NCBI GenBank assembly: GCA_041497195.1
Contig: JBGQGB010000001.1
Coordinates: 9,904-73,903 of the forward strand
From: Candidatus Doudnabacteria bacterium
Lineage (GTDB): Bacteria > Patescibacteriota > Doudnabacteria > UBA920 > 2-01-FULL-46-14
Direction: 5' to 3'
Length of the DNA stretch: 64,000 nucleotides
The notes under the pieces were generated by a model. That model was not told the origin of the DNA. It made no database searches and saw only the letters and a list, made by a program, of their open reading frames with translations. The stretch's first letter is position 1. Each line of letters opens with the position of its first letter. Made by a program: the position numbers and the translations under genes. Below, one piece after another: positions 46,353 through 56,331 of this stretch.

Positions 46353-47544
46353 TACTGTCCTCCTGAGGCGGCTTCGGGAGTTTCGGGGAGTTTACCATTT
46401 TCAGGATGTCCGAATCGAAGGAAAATTTCACTCTTTTTTTTCGTTCGTGACGATCTAGCGCGAGATCCACCAGTTTTTGCAGGAGCGTTGGCAAATCAAT
46501 CCCGCTTTTTTCCCAGAGATGATGATACAAAGTCCCGGGCAAGGTATTGATCTCGTTGGCATAATATTGTTTTGATTTCTTGTCGTACAAAAAATCCACA
46601 CGTGCTATACCGGAACAGCCAAAAACTTTGAAAATCCGAATCGACAAATTGCGGATCTCAGCCGTCGTTCGCTCGTCAAGCCTGGCGGGAATCACGAGGT
46701 TTTGCTGGGCTTTGCCCAGCTGCGCCCCGCCCCCGACCAAATATTTATCAGCGTAAGAAAACAATTCTGCAGAAAAAATAGATTCCTGAAGCAAGGACGC
46801 TTCCGGCTCCTCGTTACCGAGAACCGCGCAAGTAATATCCATCAAAGCTTCAACCGCTTCTTCGACGATAAACCTCTCACCGTAATGCAGCGCGACCTCA
46901 GCGGCTTGTGTCAGCTCTTCGTCCGTCACGACTTTGGCTACACCTATGGAAGAGCCCAGACGCGCCGGTTTGACGAACAGCGGCCATTTCAAGGCAACTT
47001 TTATTTCCGCCAAAATTTTGGACTTGTCCTTCTGCCACTGCTTGACATCAAAATGTAAAAATTTGGCTGTTGGTATATTTTGCTCCTGATAAAACTGTTT
47101 GGTCAAAATCTTGTCCATTGTCAGGGCGGAGGCAGTGACATCGCAACCGACATAAGGGATATCAAAAATTTCAAAGAGTCCCTGGATGGTCCCATCTTCG
47201 CCGTAACTGCCGTGAAAAGCTGGAAAAGCCAAATCAATGGCTATGGTTTCTCCAAAACTTTTCTTCCCTCGAAAAACCAACTGGCCACGCGAAGCTGAGA
47301 GATCCAAATAAAAGTCCCCCAGTTTTTCCGAGCTGATTTTGCTTTGGTCGGCAAAAGTGAAAGTCCGCAGTTGGTCCAAATTTCCGCCCAAAAGCCAGGC
47401 GCCGTCCTTGGTCAGATAAACAGGCACGACCTCGTAACCCAAACCTTTCAGTCCTGACATGACAAGCTGGCCGGTAATAATCGAAATGTCGTGTTCAGGA
47501 CTGCGGCTGCCGAAAAATACGCCGATTTTTTTTACTTGTTTCAT
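46345..47544 (-). CDS. ddl: D-alanine--D-alanine ligase
   Basis: MKQVKKIGVFFGSRSPEHDISIITG, HGSYGEDGTIQG and an ATP-grasp C-terminal domain. Confidence 0.9.
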   Translation of the reverse strand: MKQVKKIGVFFGSRSPEHDISIITGQLVMSGLKGLGYEVVPVYLTKDGAWLLGGNLDQLRTFTFADQSKISSEKLGDFYLDLSASRGQLVFRGKKSFGETIAIDLAFPAFHGSYGEDGTIQGLFEIFDIPYVGCDVTASALTMDKILTKQFYQEQNIPTAKFLHFDVKQWQKDKSKILAEIKVALKWPLFVKPARLGSSIGVAKVVTDEELTQAAEVALHYGERFIVEEAVEALMDITCAVLGNEEPEASLLQESIFSAELFSYADKYLVGGGAQLGKAQQNLVIPARLDERTTAEIRNLSIRIFKVFGCSGIARVDFLYDKKSKQYYANEINTLPGTLYHHLWEKSGIDLPTLLQKLVDLALDRHERKKRVKFSFDSDILKMVNSPKLPKPPQEDSNV

Positions 47545-47553
47545 AAATTTTTC

Positions 47554-48702
47554 TCAGACCGCCTCCCGCCGCAAAGTCGGGGAAACGTGGACCAAGATTT
47601 CATATGGAATAGTATCGCAGCTTTTCGCAATATTCTCAACCGAATTCGGAGCCTTCCGGTCACGACTTATTATCACGACTTCATCCTCGAGTTTCACGTC
47701 TTTAATCGCGGTTACGTCAATGCTGGTAATATTCATACTCACCCGGCCTGCAATGAGACACGGCTGTCCATGGACCAAAAAATAGCCTTTATTGGACAAC
47801 CGAAAATCAACTCCTTCATTGTACCCGGCGGGAACGGCAGCCAGGGTCATCGCGGCTTTGCTCTCGAAAGTGAGATTGTAGCCGACTTTCTCTCCGGGAG
47901 AAATCTTGCGCAAAGAGCTTATGATCGAACGAACTTCCAGAGCCGGCGTGAGCCCCAGGGATGCAAATGACTCATGCGCAAATCCATAGATGCCCTTGCC
48001 GATTCTGGCGACGTTGCCAAGGATCGAGGAAGAATGCAAAAAACCAGGGGTTGCGGCGGCATGCAAGTATTTGAGACCCAGGAATTGCTTTTGAAAAAAT
48101 TCCGCCGCTTTGTTCCACTCGGCTATTTGGGCGCTGGTGAAACTCTGATCAGGATCTTCCGCGGCGGAAAAATGGGTACAAACTCCCTCTAAAATTAGAT
48201 TGTGGTTACTTTTGATCAACTCTGCTGCCTGGCCAATCTCCGCAGGCAGAATCCCCTGGCGGTGCATGCCTGTATCGATTTTGAGGTGGAATAGTTGCGG
48301 GACCGCGAGACTTGAGGCCAACTCTCGCAACTCATTGAGGCTTATTATCGTAAAAGCGATGTCCCGCAAAGTCCGGCGGCGCATCAGATCGCCCCTGGTA
48401 TAGCCGATGATTAGAATGTGCGTTTTGATTCCGGCACGGCGCAAAAGCAGAGCCTCATAAAAAGAATCAACAACGAAAAAAGGCGGCTGCTGTCCTTCCA
48501 GAATGCTCGCAACCTCAGTCAGTCCATGGCCGTAGGCATTGCTTTTGAGCACTGGTGCTATTTGAACATTCGGAAATTTGCCGGCAAAAGCCGAAAAATT
48601 TTTCCTGATTACGTCGCCGTAAATATAGACCTTGATGAGCGGGTCGTATTTAATGCGCGGGGACGTGATTGCCTTCAGGATTTTTTTTAGCATCAAAATC
48701 AA
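47554..48702 (-). CDS. alr: Alanine racemase
   Basis: PVLKSNAYGHGL (PLP-Lys motif) and a C-terminal beta domain. Confidence 0.9.
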   Translation of the reverse strand: MILMLKKILKAITSPRIKYDPLIKVYIYGDVIRKNFSAFAGKFPNVQIAPVLKSNAYGHGLTEVASILEGQQPPFFVVDSFYEALLLRRAGIKTHILIIGYTRGDLMRRRTLRDIAFTIISLNELRELASSLAVPQLFHLKIDTGMHRQGILPAEIGQAAELIKSNHNLILEGVCTHFSAAEDPDQSFTSAQIAEWNKAAEFFQKQFLGLKYLHAAATPGFLHSSSILGNVARIGKGIYGFAHESFASLGLTPALEVRSIISSLRKISPGEKVGYNLTFESKAAMTLAAVPAGYNEGVDFRLSNKGYFLVHGQPCLIAGRVSMNITSIDVTAIKDVKLEDEVVIISRDRKAPNSVENIAKSCDTIPYEILVHVSPTLRREAV

Positions 48703-50138
48703 AAATAATTATCCGGCCAGTCGTTTTGAAACAATACTACGTCGCCGGGGCGCAAGATGCCCGGCAGGGCGGCGTGCGCTTCCAACGCGCTGTCAAACAA
48801 CAAGACTTTGTCTTTGGCAAAACCCGCTTTTTCCAATCCAGAGGCAATAAACGGCGTCACACTGTTGCGAATAAAAATCACCAGGTCAGCGACACCACCA
48901 AGCTGTCGGCCTATGTCCTCGTGAACTGCCTGCGCTCTCGCCCCCATCTCCACCAGTCCGGGGGTCACATAGACTTTGCGCTTCCCCCGAAAATTCCCTA
49001 AAACCGCGATTGCTTCCCGCACGCCAGCCGGGTTGCCATTGTAGCTGTCGTCAATCACAAGGACCTGCCCGGAACTCGGTATTGGCTGCAAACGATGCGG
49101 AGCTGGGCGCAGCAAGGCTATGCCTGCGGTAAGCTGCTCTTCATTGAGTCCCAATTTGCTGCCGACTATGACGCCAGCCGCAATCTGCCCCAAGATGTAT
49201 TTGCTGAAAAATGGGAGTTTGAACTTGCCGAGCTGATGGTGGCCCAGAGCCAGGGAAAAACCGATTCCAGATCCGTCTTGAAAAAACTCAAAATCCCCCA
49301 GCTGCAAATTCTCAGTGCTCTCCCCTGCCGTGCTGTAAAGAAAAACTTTTCTGCTACCAACGTAAGAGGAATAGTTTTGCTTGACCAGTTCGTCGTCAAC
49401 ATTCAAGAGTACGAACCCCTCTTGCGATACGCTCTCAACGAGTTCAAACTTTGCTCGAATTGTATTTTCAGTCCCGCCAAACCTTTCCAGATGGGCTTCG
49501 TTGATACCCGTAAGGATCCCGATGCTCGGGTGGGTGAGAGCGCAAAGCGCTCGAATATCGCCGCGTTGATATGCCCCCATTTCCACAATAAAAACTTGGG
49601 TTTCCTTATCAAGCCTTCCCAGAATCAAACCAGCCACGCCCAAGGGAGTATTGATATTCTCCGGGGTTTTAAGGACCCTGTATTTCCGGCTCAAAATCTC
49701 CGCCAAGACTTCTTTTGCGGTTGTTTTGCCGTAACTACCGGTGATCCCTATGACGATCAGGTTCGAAAGGCTAGCCAATTTAGTGCGAGCACGCCGAATA
49801 ATCAAGTACTTCAGCAAAAAATCAAGTGGCCAAAGAAAAACGGTTGTAACGGCCAAAAATAAAAAAAATAAAAAACACAGAAAATAAAAAAATAATAGCC
49901 AGAGCCACAATGCGGCTTGGGGTTTCACCAGGTAAGCTAAGCTATAAGCTACAAAAAATTGCAGTATCAAAGCAAGCACAAAAACAGTCCGCGCTTTGAG
50001 AGTCCAGACCAAGGCCTGCCGCGCCGGCTGGCGGGCCTTGGCGAACGTTTTCTTTATGAGCTGGAAAAAGCGGCTTAGATCGTAATTTTCCAACTGGAGC
50101 TGATAAAGCTGATATGTGACTGTCTTATATGGATTCAT
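48699..50138 (-). CDS. murF: UDP-MurNAc-tripeptide--D-Ala-D-Ala ligase (MurF) with hydrophobic N-terminal extension
   Basis: IVIGITGSYGKTT P-loop with Mur ligase central and C-terminal domains. The first about 110 aa contain 2-3 predicted TM helices instead of the usual MurF N-domain. Confidence 0.85.
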   Translation of the reverse strand: MNPYKTVTYQLYQLQLENYDLSRFFQLIKKTFAKARQPARQALVWTLKARTVFVLALILQFFVAYSLAYLVKPQAALWLWLLFFYFLCFLFFLFLAVTTVFLWPLDFLLKYLIIRRARTKLASLSNLIVIGITGSYGKTTAKEVLAEILSRKYRVLKTPENINTPLGVAGLILGRLDKETQVFIVEMGAYQRGDIRALCALTHPSIGILTGINEAHLERFGGTENTIRAKFELVESVSQEGFVLLNVDDELVKQNYSSYVGSRKVFLYSTAGESTENLQLGDFEFFQDGSGIGFSLALGHHQLGKFKLPFFSKYILGQIAAGVIVGSKLGLNEEQLTAGIALLRPAPHRLQPIPSSGQVLVIDDSYNGNPAGVREAIAVLGNFRGKRKVYVTPGLVEMGARAQAVHEDIGRQLGGVADLVIFIRNSVTPFIASGLEKAGFAKDKVLLFDSALEAHAALPGILRPGDVVLFQNDWPDNYF

Positions 50139-50898
50139 CTATAAACTTGCTGATTATCCGAACAAATTCTTCGGGCTTGTCCAAAAAGCTGAAATGTCCC
50201 ACTTTTTGCATTACTACCAAATGCGAACGCGGGATCAGGCGCGCAAACTCCTGGCCCAAGGCGAGGGGCGTTTCTCGATCTTGAGCGCCCCAAACGATGA
50301 GAGTCCGCTGAGTGATCTCAGCGAGACTTTGGCTCAGGTCTTCTTGCATAACATTGAGAAAGGTTGATTTGAGCTCCGGGGTCGCCAAATAATCATCTGC
50401 TCCCAAAATGTGATAAATCCGTGGGCGCAAGGATTTCAGGAGCGGCAAGGCAAATGCCGGCTTGAATATCTTGGCCAAAAAAAATATCGCACGGACTTTC
50501 CAAGAATTTACTCTTATTCCGCTGCTGTTCACCAAGACTAATTGTTGAACAAATTCGGGAAAAAGCTCAGCTGCTTTGACCGCAACGTTTCCCCCGAAAG
50601 AATGACCGATCACACAAACGTCGGTGAGTCTGAAACGCTCAATCAGGCCCTTCAAGACCTCAGCATAATCCGACACGTCCCAAGCGGCATCCGGCAGTTG
50701 TGATCGGCCAAAACCGGGCAAATCCAGAGCATAAATCTGCCAATCAGGATGTTTTAGCAATTTCAACACCGGCAACCAAATCTGGGAGTTGGAACGCCAG
50801 CCATGTAAAAAAATAACCGTACGGACGGCCTTGCTGCTGCTGGGTATGACGTAATAATTCACTACTACGTCGTTGAGAACGATTTGTTTCTCAGTCAT
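50125..50898 (-). CDS. Alpha/beta-fold hydrolase
   Basis: Nucleophile elbow VIGHSFGG, followed by an Asp/His pattern. Confidence 0.7.
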   Translation of the reverse strand: MTEKQIVLNDVVVNYYVIPSSSKAVRTVIFLHGWRSNSQIWLPVLKLLKHPDWQIYALDLPGFGRSQLPDAAWDVSDYAEVLKGLIERFRLTDVCVIGHSFGGNVAVKAAELFPEFVQQLVLVNSSGIRVNSWKVRAIFFLAKIFKPAFALPLLKSLRPRIYHILGADDYLATPELKSTFLNVMQEDLSQSLAEITQRTLIVWGAQDRETPLALGQEFARLIPRSHLVVMQKVGHFSFLDKPEEFVRIISKFIDESI

Positions 50899-52151
50899 TT
50901 TGGCTTGAGACGGTCTTTACCAACAAACTCTTGCAAAACTTTTGGCACGCGTACCGAGCCATCCGCTTCCTGATAATTTTCCAAAATGGGAATCAAAGTC
51001 CGCGGAGAAGCAATCATGGTATTATTAAGCGTATAGACGTGGCGCACTTGTCCGGATTTCGTCCGGTAGCGGATATTGAGCCGCCTGGCCTGCCAATCAG
51101 TGAGATTTGAATTGGAGTGCGTCTCCCCATAGTTTCCTCGGCCTGGCATCCACGTCTCGATGTCATACATTTTATACTTACCAGATCCCATGTCACCAGT
51201 TGCAATTTGGATGACCCGGTGGGGCAACTCTAGTTCCTGCAAAAGCTCTCTGGCGTAACTATTTAATTCTTGAAAAAGTTTTTCCGATTCTTCCAAATCG
51301 TCCTTGCAAAGCACGACTTGTTCGACTTTCATGAATTCGTGGATGCGATAAATCCCTTTGGTGTCTTTCCCGTACCCGCCAACTTCCCGCCGATAGCACT
51401 GCGAGATGCCGCCCAATTTTATGGGCAAATCTTTTTCTTCTAGAACTTCGTTCTCACTATATGCCAGCAAAGATGGCTCGGCAGTTCCAGTGAGAAATTT
51501 GGTGGCTTTTGCTTTTTCTTCTCTATACTCCTCGACTTCGTAGATTTCCTGTCTCTGCGTCGGGAAATGGCCGCTCCCAATCAGAGACGACTCTCCGACT
51601 AATGTCGGGGGAATCATTGGGGTAAATCCGCGCTCTATCAGTTTTTTGAGGGCAAGCTGAAGAATTCCCAAATGCAGAAGCACGCCTTCGTTTTTCAGAA
51701 AATATCCTCGAAATCCCGCCACTTTTGCCCCGCGCTCCAAATCTAGAATATCTAGGGCAATCCCGAGTGCTATATGGTCTTTTATCGGGAAACTAAATTT
51801 TGGCTTTTCTCCCCACTCGTCGATTACTCTAAAATCTTTCTCTCCCCCAATAGGGGTATCAGCAGAAGGAATGTTTGGAACCAAAAGCATCAATTCTTGA
51901 AATTGCTTTTCCCATTCCAAGAGGTCTTTTTCCAATTTGCCCAGCTCTTCTTTGAGTTTTCTTCCTTCCTCAACATTTCGCGCTTTAGAGGCTTGCTTGC
52001 GTTTTTGTCCCAATATATCAATCTCAGTGATAAATTTGCGCCGTTCCTCGTCGATTTTCAAAAGTGCATCCAAATCCAAATCAACAGCTTTGTCTTTTAT
52101 CGCTTTTTTTACCAAGTCCTGGTTTTCACGAATAAATTTTATGTCTAGCAT
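50895..52151 (-). CDS. serS: Seryl-tRNA synthetase
   Basis: N-terminal coiled coil, class II motifs (RIHEFMKVEQV, YDIETWMP). Confidence 0.95.
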   Translation of the reverse strand: MLDIKFIRENQDLVKKAIKDKAVDLDLDALLKIDEERRKFITEIDILGQKRKQASKARNVEEGRKLKEELGKLEKDLLEWEKQFQELMLLVPNIPSADTPIGGEKDFRVIDEWGEKPKFSFPIKDHIALGIALDILDLERGAKVAGFRGYFLKNEGVLLHLGILQLALKKLIERGFTPMIPPTLVGESSLIGSGHFPTQRQEIYEVEEYREEKAKATKFLTGTAEPSLLAYSENEVLEEKDLPIKLGGISQCYRREVGGYGKDTKGIYRIHEFMKVEQVVLCKDDLEESEKLFQELNSYARELLQELELPHRVIQIATGDMGSGKYKMYDIETWMPGRGNYGETHSNSNLTDWQARRLNIRYRTKSGQVRHVYTLNNTMIASPRTLIPILENYQEADGSVRVPKVLQEFVGKDRLKPK

Positions 52152-52152
52152 A

Positions 52153-52761
52153 TTAGAACAGATACGGTTCTAGTTTTAATAATAGCTCGCGGCAAGCTCT
52201 TTTTCGATGGTCTGAAGTCTCTCTTTCTTCATCGGTCAGTTCATTATAATATTTATCTAATTCCGGGATAAAAAGAATGGAACGGTACGGATAACCTGGC
52301 ATCAATCTGCCTAAAATTTCTTTCCTTGTCGGGATAATTCCTTCTCTCACGGCCTCTACATAAATATAATCTCGTTCGTGAGGAAAAAATACCAAAACTA
52401 TATTTCTCAATCTCGCTGTTCGTTTAGCTAAGGGCACGCCTTCTAGTAGATCCAATAATTTTGTGAGCTTCTGTTCATGTGTCGCGTTTGGCCCCAGCCA
52501 ACGATTTGATTCAATGCCCGGGCGCCCGTCGAGAGCATCCACCTCGAGTCCACCATCATCGGCTAAAGTGGGGTACTCGGAACGTTCAGCGTAGAATTTT
52601 GCTTTTTGCAGGGCGTTGTCTTTATAATTTTCTCCGATCTCCAAAGGCTGGTCGAGAATTCCCAAATCACCTAGGGTGACGAGCTCCAAATTTGCATGCA
52701 CTAAATATTTCTGGTAATCGTGAATTTTTCCTAAATTCGTCGTACCCAAAAGCAATTTCAT
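52153..52761 (-). CDS. rdgB: Non-canonical purine NTP pyrophosphatase (Ham1/RdgB family)
   Basis: LLGTTNLGKIHDY, DDGGLEVDALDGRPGIES. Confidence 0.8.
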   Translation of the reverse strand: MKLLLGTTNLGKIHDYQKYLVHANLELVTLGDLGILDQPLEIGENYKDNALQKAKFYAERSEYPTLADDGGLEVDALDGRPGIESNRWLGPNATHEQKLTKLLDLLEGVPLAKRTARLRNIVLVFFPHERDYIYVEAVREGIIPTRKEILGRLMPGYPYRSILFIPELDKYYNELTDEERETSDHRKRACRELLLKLEPYLF

Positions 52762-52762
52762 A

Positions 52763-53317
52763 CTACAACCCTAGCTCTGCCGCGATACCCTGCATTTCCC
52801 GCAGACAAATCTCCGTCAATTCTTCAAGGCTCAATCCCAACAGTTCCTGGCAGCGCGCGATAAGCTCCCGTTTCGTCCCGGCGGCAAACGATTTGGATTT
52901 GAATTTCTTGAGCACTGATTCGCTCGTCAGAGAAGCCAATTTTTTGTCAGGCAAAACAAGTGTGGCAGCCACGACCAAACCAGTCAAACCTTCTCCGCAG
53001 TAAAGTGCTTTGTCCATGAGGGTTTTCGGCTCGAGGCCATGCAGTGGATTGTGAATCTTGATGGCTTCCGCGATTTCCGGATCAATATCCGTTGCCTTTA
53101 ACCATTCATATGCCATAAGCGAATGCTGGTCTGGTTTAGCCTTTGTATCATCATAATCAAGATCATGAAGCAGCCCGGCCAAGCCCCATTTATTCTCATC
53201 TTCCCCGAACCGCTTGGCCAACCCTCTCATCAATGCCTCGGAGGCGAGCATGTGTTTAATGAGATTCGGGGTCTTGACGTGCTGATGTAAAAGAGCCAAT
53301 GCCTCTTCCCGCGTCAT
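52763..53317 (-). CDS. HD-domain phosphohydrolase
   Basis: Contains the HD pair characteristic of the domain, with GLLHDLDYD and H...HNP. Confidence 0.7.
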   Translation of the reverse strand: MTREEALALLHQHVKTPNLIKHMLASEALMRGLAKRFGEDENKWGLAGLLHDLDYDDTKAKPDQHSLMAYEWLKATDIDPEIAEAIKIHNPLHGLEPKTLMDKALYCGEGLTGLVVAATLVLPDKKLASLTSESVLKKFKSKSFAAGTKRELIARCQELLGLSLEELTEICLREMQGIAAELGL

Positions 53318-54780
53318 TTCTTTTCCTCCCTCATCGGTGGAAAAATCACAGTTTCGCGGATTGATTTATCCATGAGAACTGAGAACAAACGCTCTGACAT
53401 TCCAAAGCCTGCAGCCGGGGGCATGCCATACTCGAGTGCTTCGACAAAATCTTCATCCAGCTGCTGGGCTTCCTCATCTCCCGCTTGGCGCAATTTCATC
53501 TGTTCTTCAAACCGGTGTCGCTGATCAAGAGGATCGTTCAGCTCAGCAAAACCTTTCCCCAGTTCGGTCCCCCAGGCCACGATTTGCAAACGCTGGACTC
53601 GGTCTGGCTTCGCAGGTAGGCGTTTGGCCAAAGGCTCGATCTCTGCTGGTGGATACACCAAAAAACCAGGCTCTATCAATTTAGGACGGACAAATTTTTT
53701 ATATATCAAATCAACCAGCCGCCCGCGTTGAGCAAATTTTTCGTACCGAATCCCTGCCCCCTCCGCCTTCTTTTTCAGCTCGACATCAGAAACTTTTTCC
53801 AAATCCAGACCGGCATGCTTCTTGAATTCTTCAAAATAATCATAAATCTTCCAGTCTTCGCCCCAATCAATCTCGCGGCCTTGCGCAGTGACTTTCAAAC
53901 CCCCGAACAGTCGGGAAACAATACTTCGAAACAATTTTTGCGAAAAATCCATGAGATCCTGGAAATCCGCATATGCCCAATAAAACTCCATTTGCGTGTA
54001 ATCCTGAAGATGTTCAGTGGAAATTCCCTCATTACGGAAAATGCGCCCTATCTCAAATACCCGTTCAAAACCCCCGACCAAAAGGCGTTTCAAGGGAAGT
54101 TCCAGGGAAATACGCAGATAAAAATCCTGGTCCAGGGCTTTGTGGTGAGTCATAAATGGCTTAGCCTCAGCGCCCCCAGGCACATGCTCCAAAACCGGTG
54201 CTTCTACTTCCAAAAATCCATGCTCATCCATAAACTCTCTGACCGTCTGCCAAAACTGCGCTTTTCTGACAAAAATTTGGCGCGTCTCCGGATTGGTCAA
54301 CAAATCCAGATACCGCTTGCGCAATCGCAACTCGTGATCAGTGAGCCCGTGCCATTTGTCAGGCAGGGCCCGTAGACTCTTGGCCAAAATCCGGAAAGTG
54401 ACCGCTTCCAAGGTTTTTTCTCCGCGAGCCGTTTCCATCAAAACGCCGCTCAACTCAGCGAAGTCACCCACGTCCACAAAAGCCTCAAAATTCTTGAGAA
54501 GCTCGGCCGGGACCTGGTCTTGCTTCATTAAAAATTGGATCTTGCCCGTACCATCCTCCAAATTGCCAAAAATGATCGCACCATGCTTGCGGATTGCCCG
54601 GATTCTGCCCGCGAGTGTCAGCTTTTTTTTCGAACTCGCAAGCGAAGCAAATTTTTCCAAAGCCTCAGCTGCGGTATGAGTTCTCGAAGTCTCCGCCGGA
54701 TACGGATCAATTCCGGCTAGTTTGATATTTTCGAGTTTTTTTACTCGCTCCTCATACAGCTTGGCTTCTTTTTCTGTCAT
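53314..54780 (-). CDS. lysS: Lysyl-tRNA synthetase (class II)
   Basis: N-terminal OB-fold domain, then FRNEGISTEHLQDYTQMEFYWAY. Confidence 0.95.
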   Translation of the reverse strand: MTEKEAKLYEERVKKLENIKLAGIDPYPAETSRTHTAAEALEKFASLASSKKKLTLAGRIRAIRKHGAIIFGNLEDGTGKIQFLMKQDQVPAELLKNFEAFVDVGDFAELSGVLMETARGEKTLEAVTFRILAKSLRALPDKWHGLTDHELRLRKRYLDLLTNPETRQIFVRKAQFWQTVREFMDEHGFLEVEAPVLEHVPGGAEAKPFMTHHKALDQDFYLRISLELPLKRLLVGGFERVFEIGRIFRNEGISTEHLQDYTQMEFYWAYADFQDLMDFSQKLFRSIVSRLFGGLKVTAQGREIDWGEDWKIYDYFEEFKKHAGLDLEKVSDVELKKKAEGAGIRYEKFAQRGRLVDLIYKKFVRPKLIEPGFLVYPPAEIEPLAKRLPAKPDRVQRLQIVAWGTELGKGFAELNDPLDQRHRFEEQMKLRQAGDEEAQQLDEDFVEALEYGMPPAAGFGMSERLFSVLMDKSIRETVIFPPMREEKK

Positions 54781-54824
54781 AAAAACGAATCAATTTTAGA
54801 GTTTTATTATACCATAATTGCCTC

Positions 54825-54868
54825 AAAAAAAGAAAAAATCCATTTCTCATGGATTTTTCTAAAAAACT
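54825..54868. terminator. Bidirectional terminator (downstream of greA)
   Basis: A-run-atccat-ttctc-atggat-T5. Confidence 0.6.
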
Positions 54869-54882
54869 ACAAAAAAATGAAT

Positions 54883-55344
54883 TTACATTATCTCCAAAAT
54901 TTCGTAACCAACCATGCCAGCTGGGGTGGTCACCTGGACCTTGTCCCCGGGCTTGGCACCAAGGAGTTTTTGTCCGACCAGCGACTCGTTGGAAATCCGT
55001 CCTTCGGCAGGATTGGCTTCATTGGAGCCGACTATAGTATAAGTTTTTTCTTTATCCTCTACGCGTAGCTTTACAGTGGACCCGACAGAAACCATATTCC
55101 GATTGCCGTTCGTTTTAATAAGCTCAGCATTCTTGATCGTTTCCTCCAGCTCCAAAATGCGGCCCTCGATGAAAGCTTGCTCCTCTTTAGCCTGAGCATA
55201 ATCGGCATTCTCCGATAAATCCCCATGGGCTACCGCTTCCTGGATGCGCTCAATCACTTCCTTGCGTCGTTCATTCACCAGCACTTCCAGCTCTTTCTTA
55301 ACTTTCTCCAGTCCTTCCTTGGTCAAAAGATATTTTTTTGTCAT
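54883..55344 (-). CDS. greA: Transcription elongation factor GreA
   Basis: MTKKYLLTKEGLEKVKKEL...HGDLSENADY. Start trimmed to the conserved N-terminus. Confidence 0.85.
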   Translation of the reverse strand: MTKKYLLTKEGLEKVKKELEVLVNERRKEVIERIQEAVAHGDLSENADYAQAKEEQAFIEGRILELEETIKNAELIKTNGNRNMVSVGSTVKLRVEDKEKTYTIVGSNEANPAEGRISNESLVGQKLLGAKPGDKVQVTTPAGMVGYEILEIM

Positions 55345-55376
55345 GCAGATTACATTATCGGTTTTTACAAAAAATG

Positions 55377-56255
55377 TCAAATTTCCCGCTGGGATCGCAG
55401 TCTGCTACTCGCCACTTTCACCCCGTTCCCCAAAAGCATGGCCACTGTCACAGGCCCCACGCCGCCAGGCACTGGTGCGAACAAACGAGCTTTGTTCAAA
55501 ACGCTGTCTGACTCAACGTCGCCTTTTATGTCTCCGTTTGCAGAACCAGTGGTGCCAGCATCAATGATGACAGAGCCTTTTTTAACCATGCTTCCTATTA
55601 TTAAATCTGGTTTTCCTACGGCAGTGATGAGTACGTCTGCTTTCACCGCCAGCTGAGAGAGATTGTCAGTGTGGCGATTAGCGACCTCAAAACTCAGGCC
55701 CCTGTTCAAAAGCATTGCCGCTAGAGGTCGACCGACCAGCTCGCCGGATCCGACCAGCAAAATATGTCCTTTCAAATCGACTTTGTATTCTTCCAAAAGT
55801 TTCAGTATCGCCGCTGGAGCTGGCGGGAAAAATTTGATTTCCTTTCCAGTCACCAGTTTTTGCTTGTTTACTGTAGTCAGACAATCCACGTCCAAATCGG
55901 GCGAAACCGCATCAAGAATTTCCTGCGCCGGCAGGTTCCCCGGCAATGGCAATTGCACCAAAATCCCGCAGACATTCTGCTCCTGATTGAGACCTCTGAT
56001 CGCAGCTACGAGTTCGGATGCGGCGACATCTTCGGGAAAAGATTTCAAATCGACCTTGAGACCAATCTCCTGGGCGCGCTTCTGTTTTATCCTGATATAA
56101 TTCAAAGAGGCCGGGTTTTGCCCGGCCAGAATCACCACAAGCCGCGGAAACAAGCCAGCCGTATTCAATTGACTAAGTTCCTTTTTCAGCTGCCCGAGAA
56201 TTTTGTCGGCAATTTTTTTCCCGTTGATTATTTCTGTCATATCAAACACTGGCAA
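55377..56255 (-). CDS. folD: Bifunctional methylene-THF dehydrogenase/cyclohydrolase
   Basis: IINGKKIADKI...ILVGSGELVGRPLAAML...ITAVGKPDLI. The start may instead be the second Met at 56240. Confidence 0.9.
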   Translation of the reverse strand: MPVFDMTEIINGKKIADKILGQLKKELSQLNTAGLFPRLVVILAGQNPASLNYIRIKQKRAQEIGLKVDLKSFPEDVAASELVAAIRGLNQEQNVCGILVQLPLPGNLPAQEILDAVSPDLDVDCLTTVNKQKLVTGKEIKFFPPAPAAILKLLEEYKVDLKGHILLVGSGELVGRPLAAMLLNRGLSFEVANRHTDNLSQLAVKADVLITAVGKPDLIIGSMVKKGSVIIDAGTTGSANGDIKGDVESDSVLNKARLFAPVPGGVGPVTVAMLLGNGVKVASSRLRSQREI

Positions 56256-56331
56256 AAGCTATAGATCCATGTTAACAGGGTTTCACACTGTGTCAATTTT
56301 TTTGGAAAAATAAATAGGGGGGCCCAAAACA

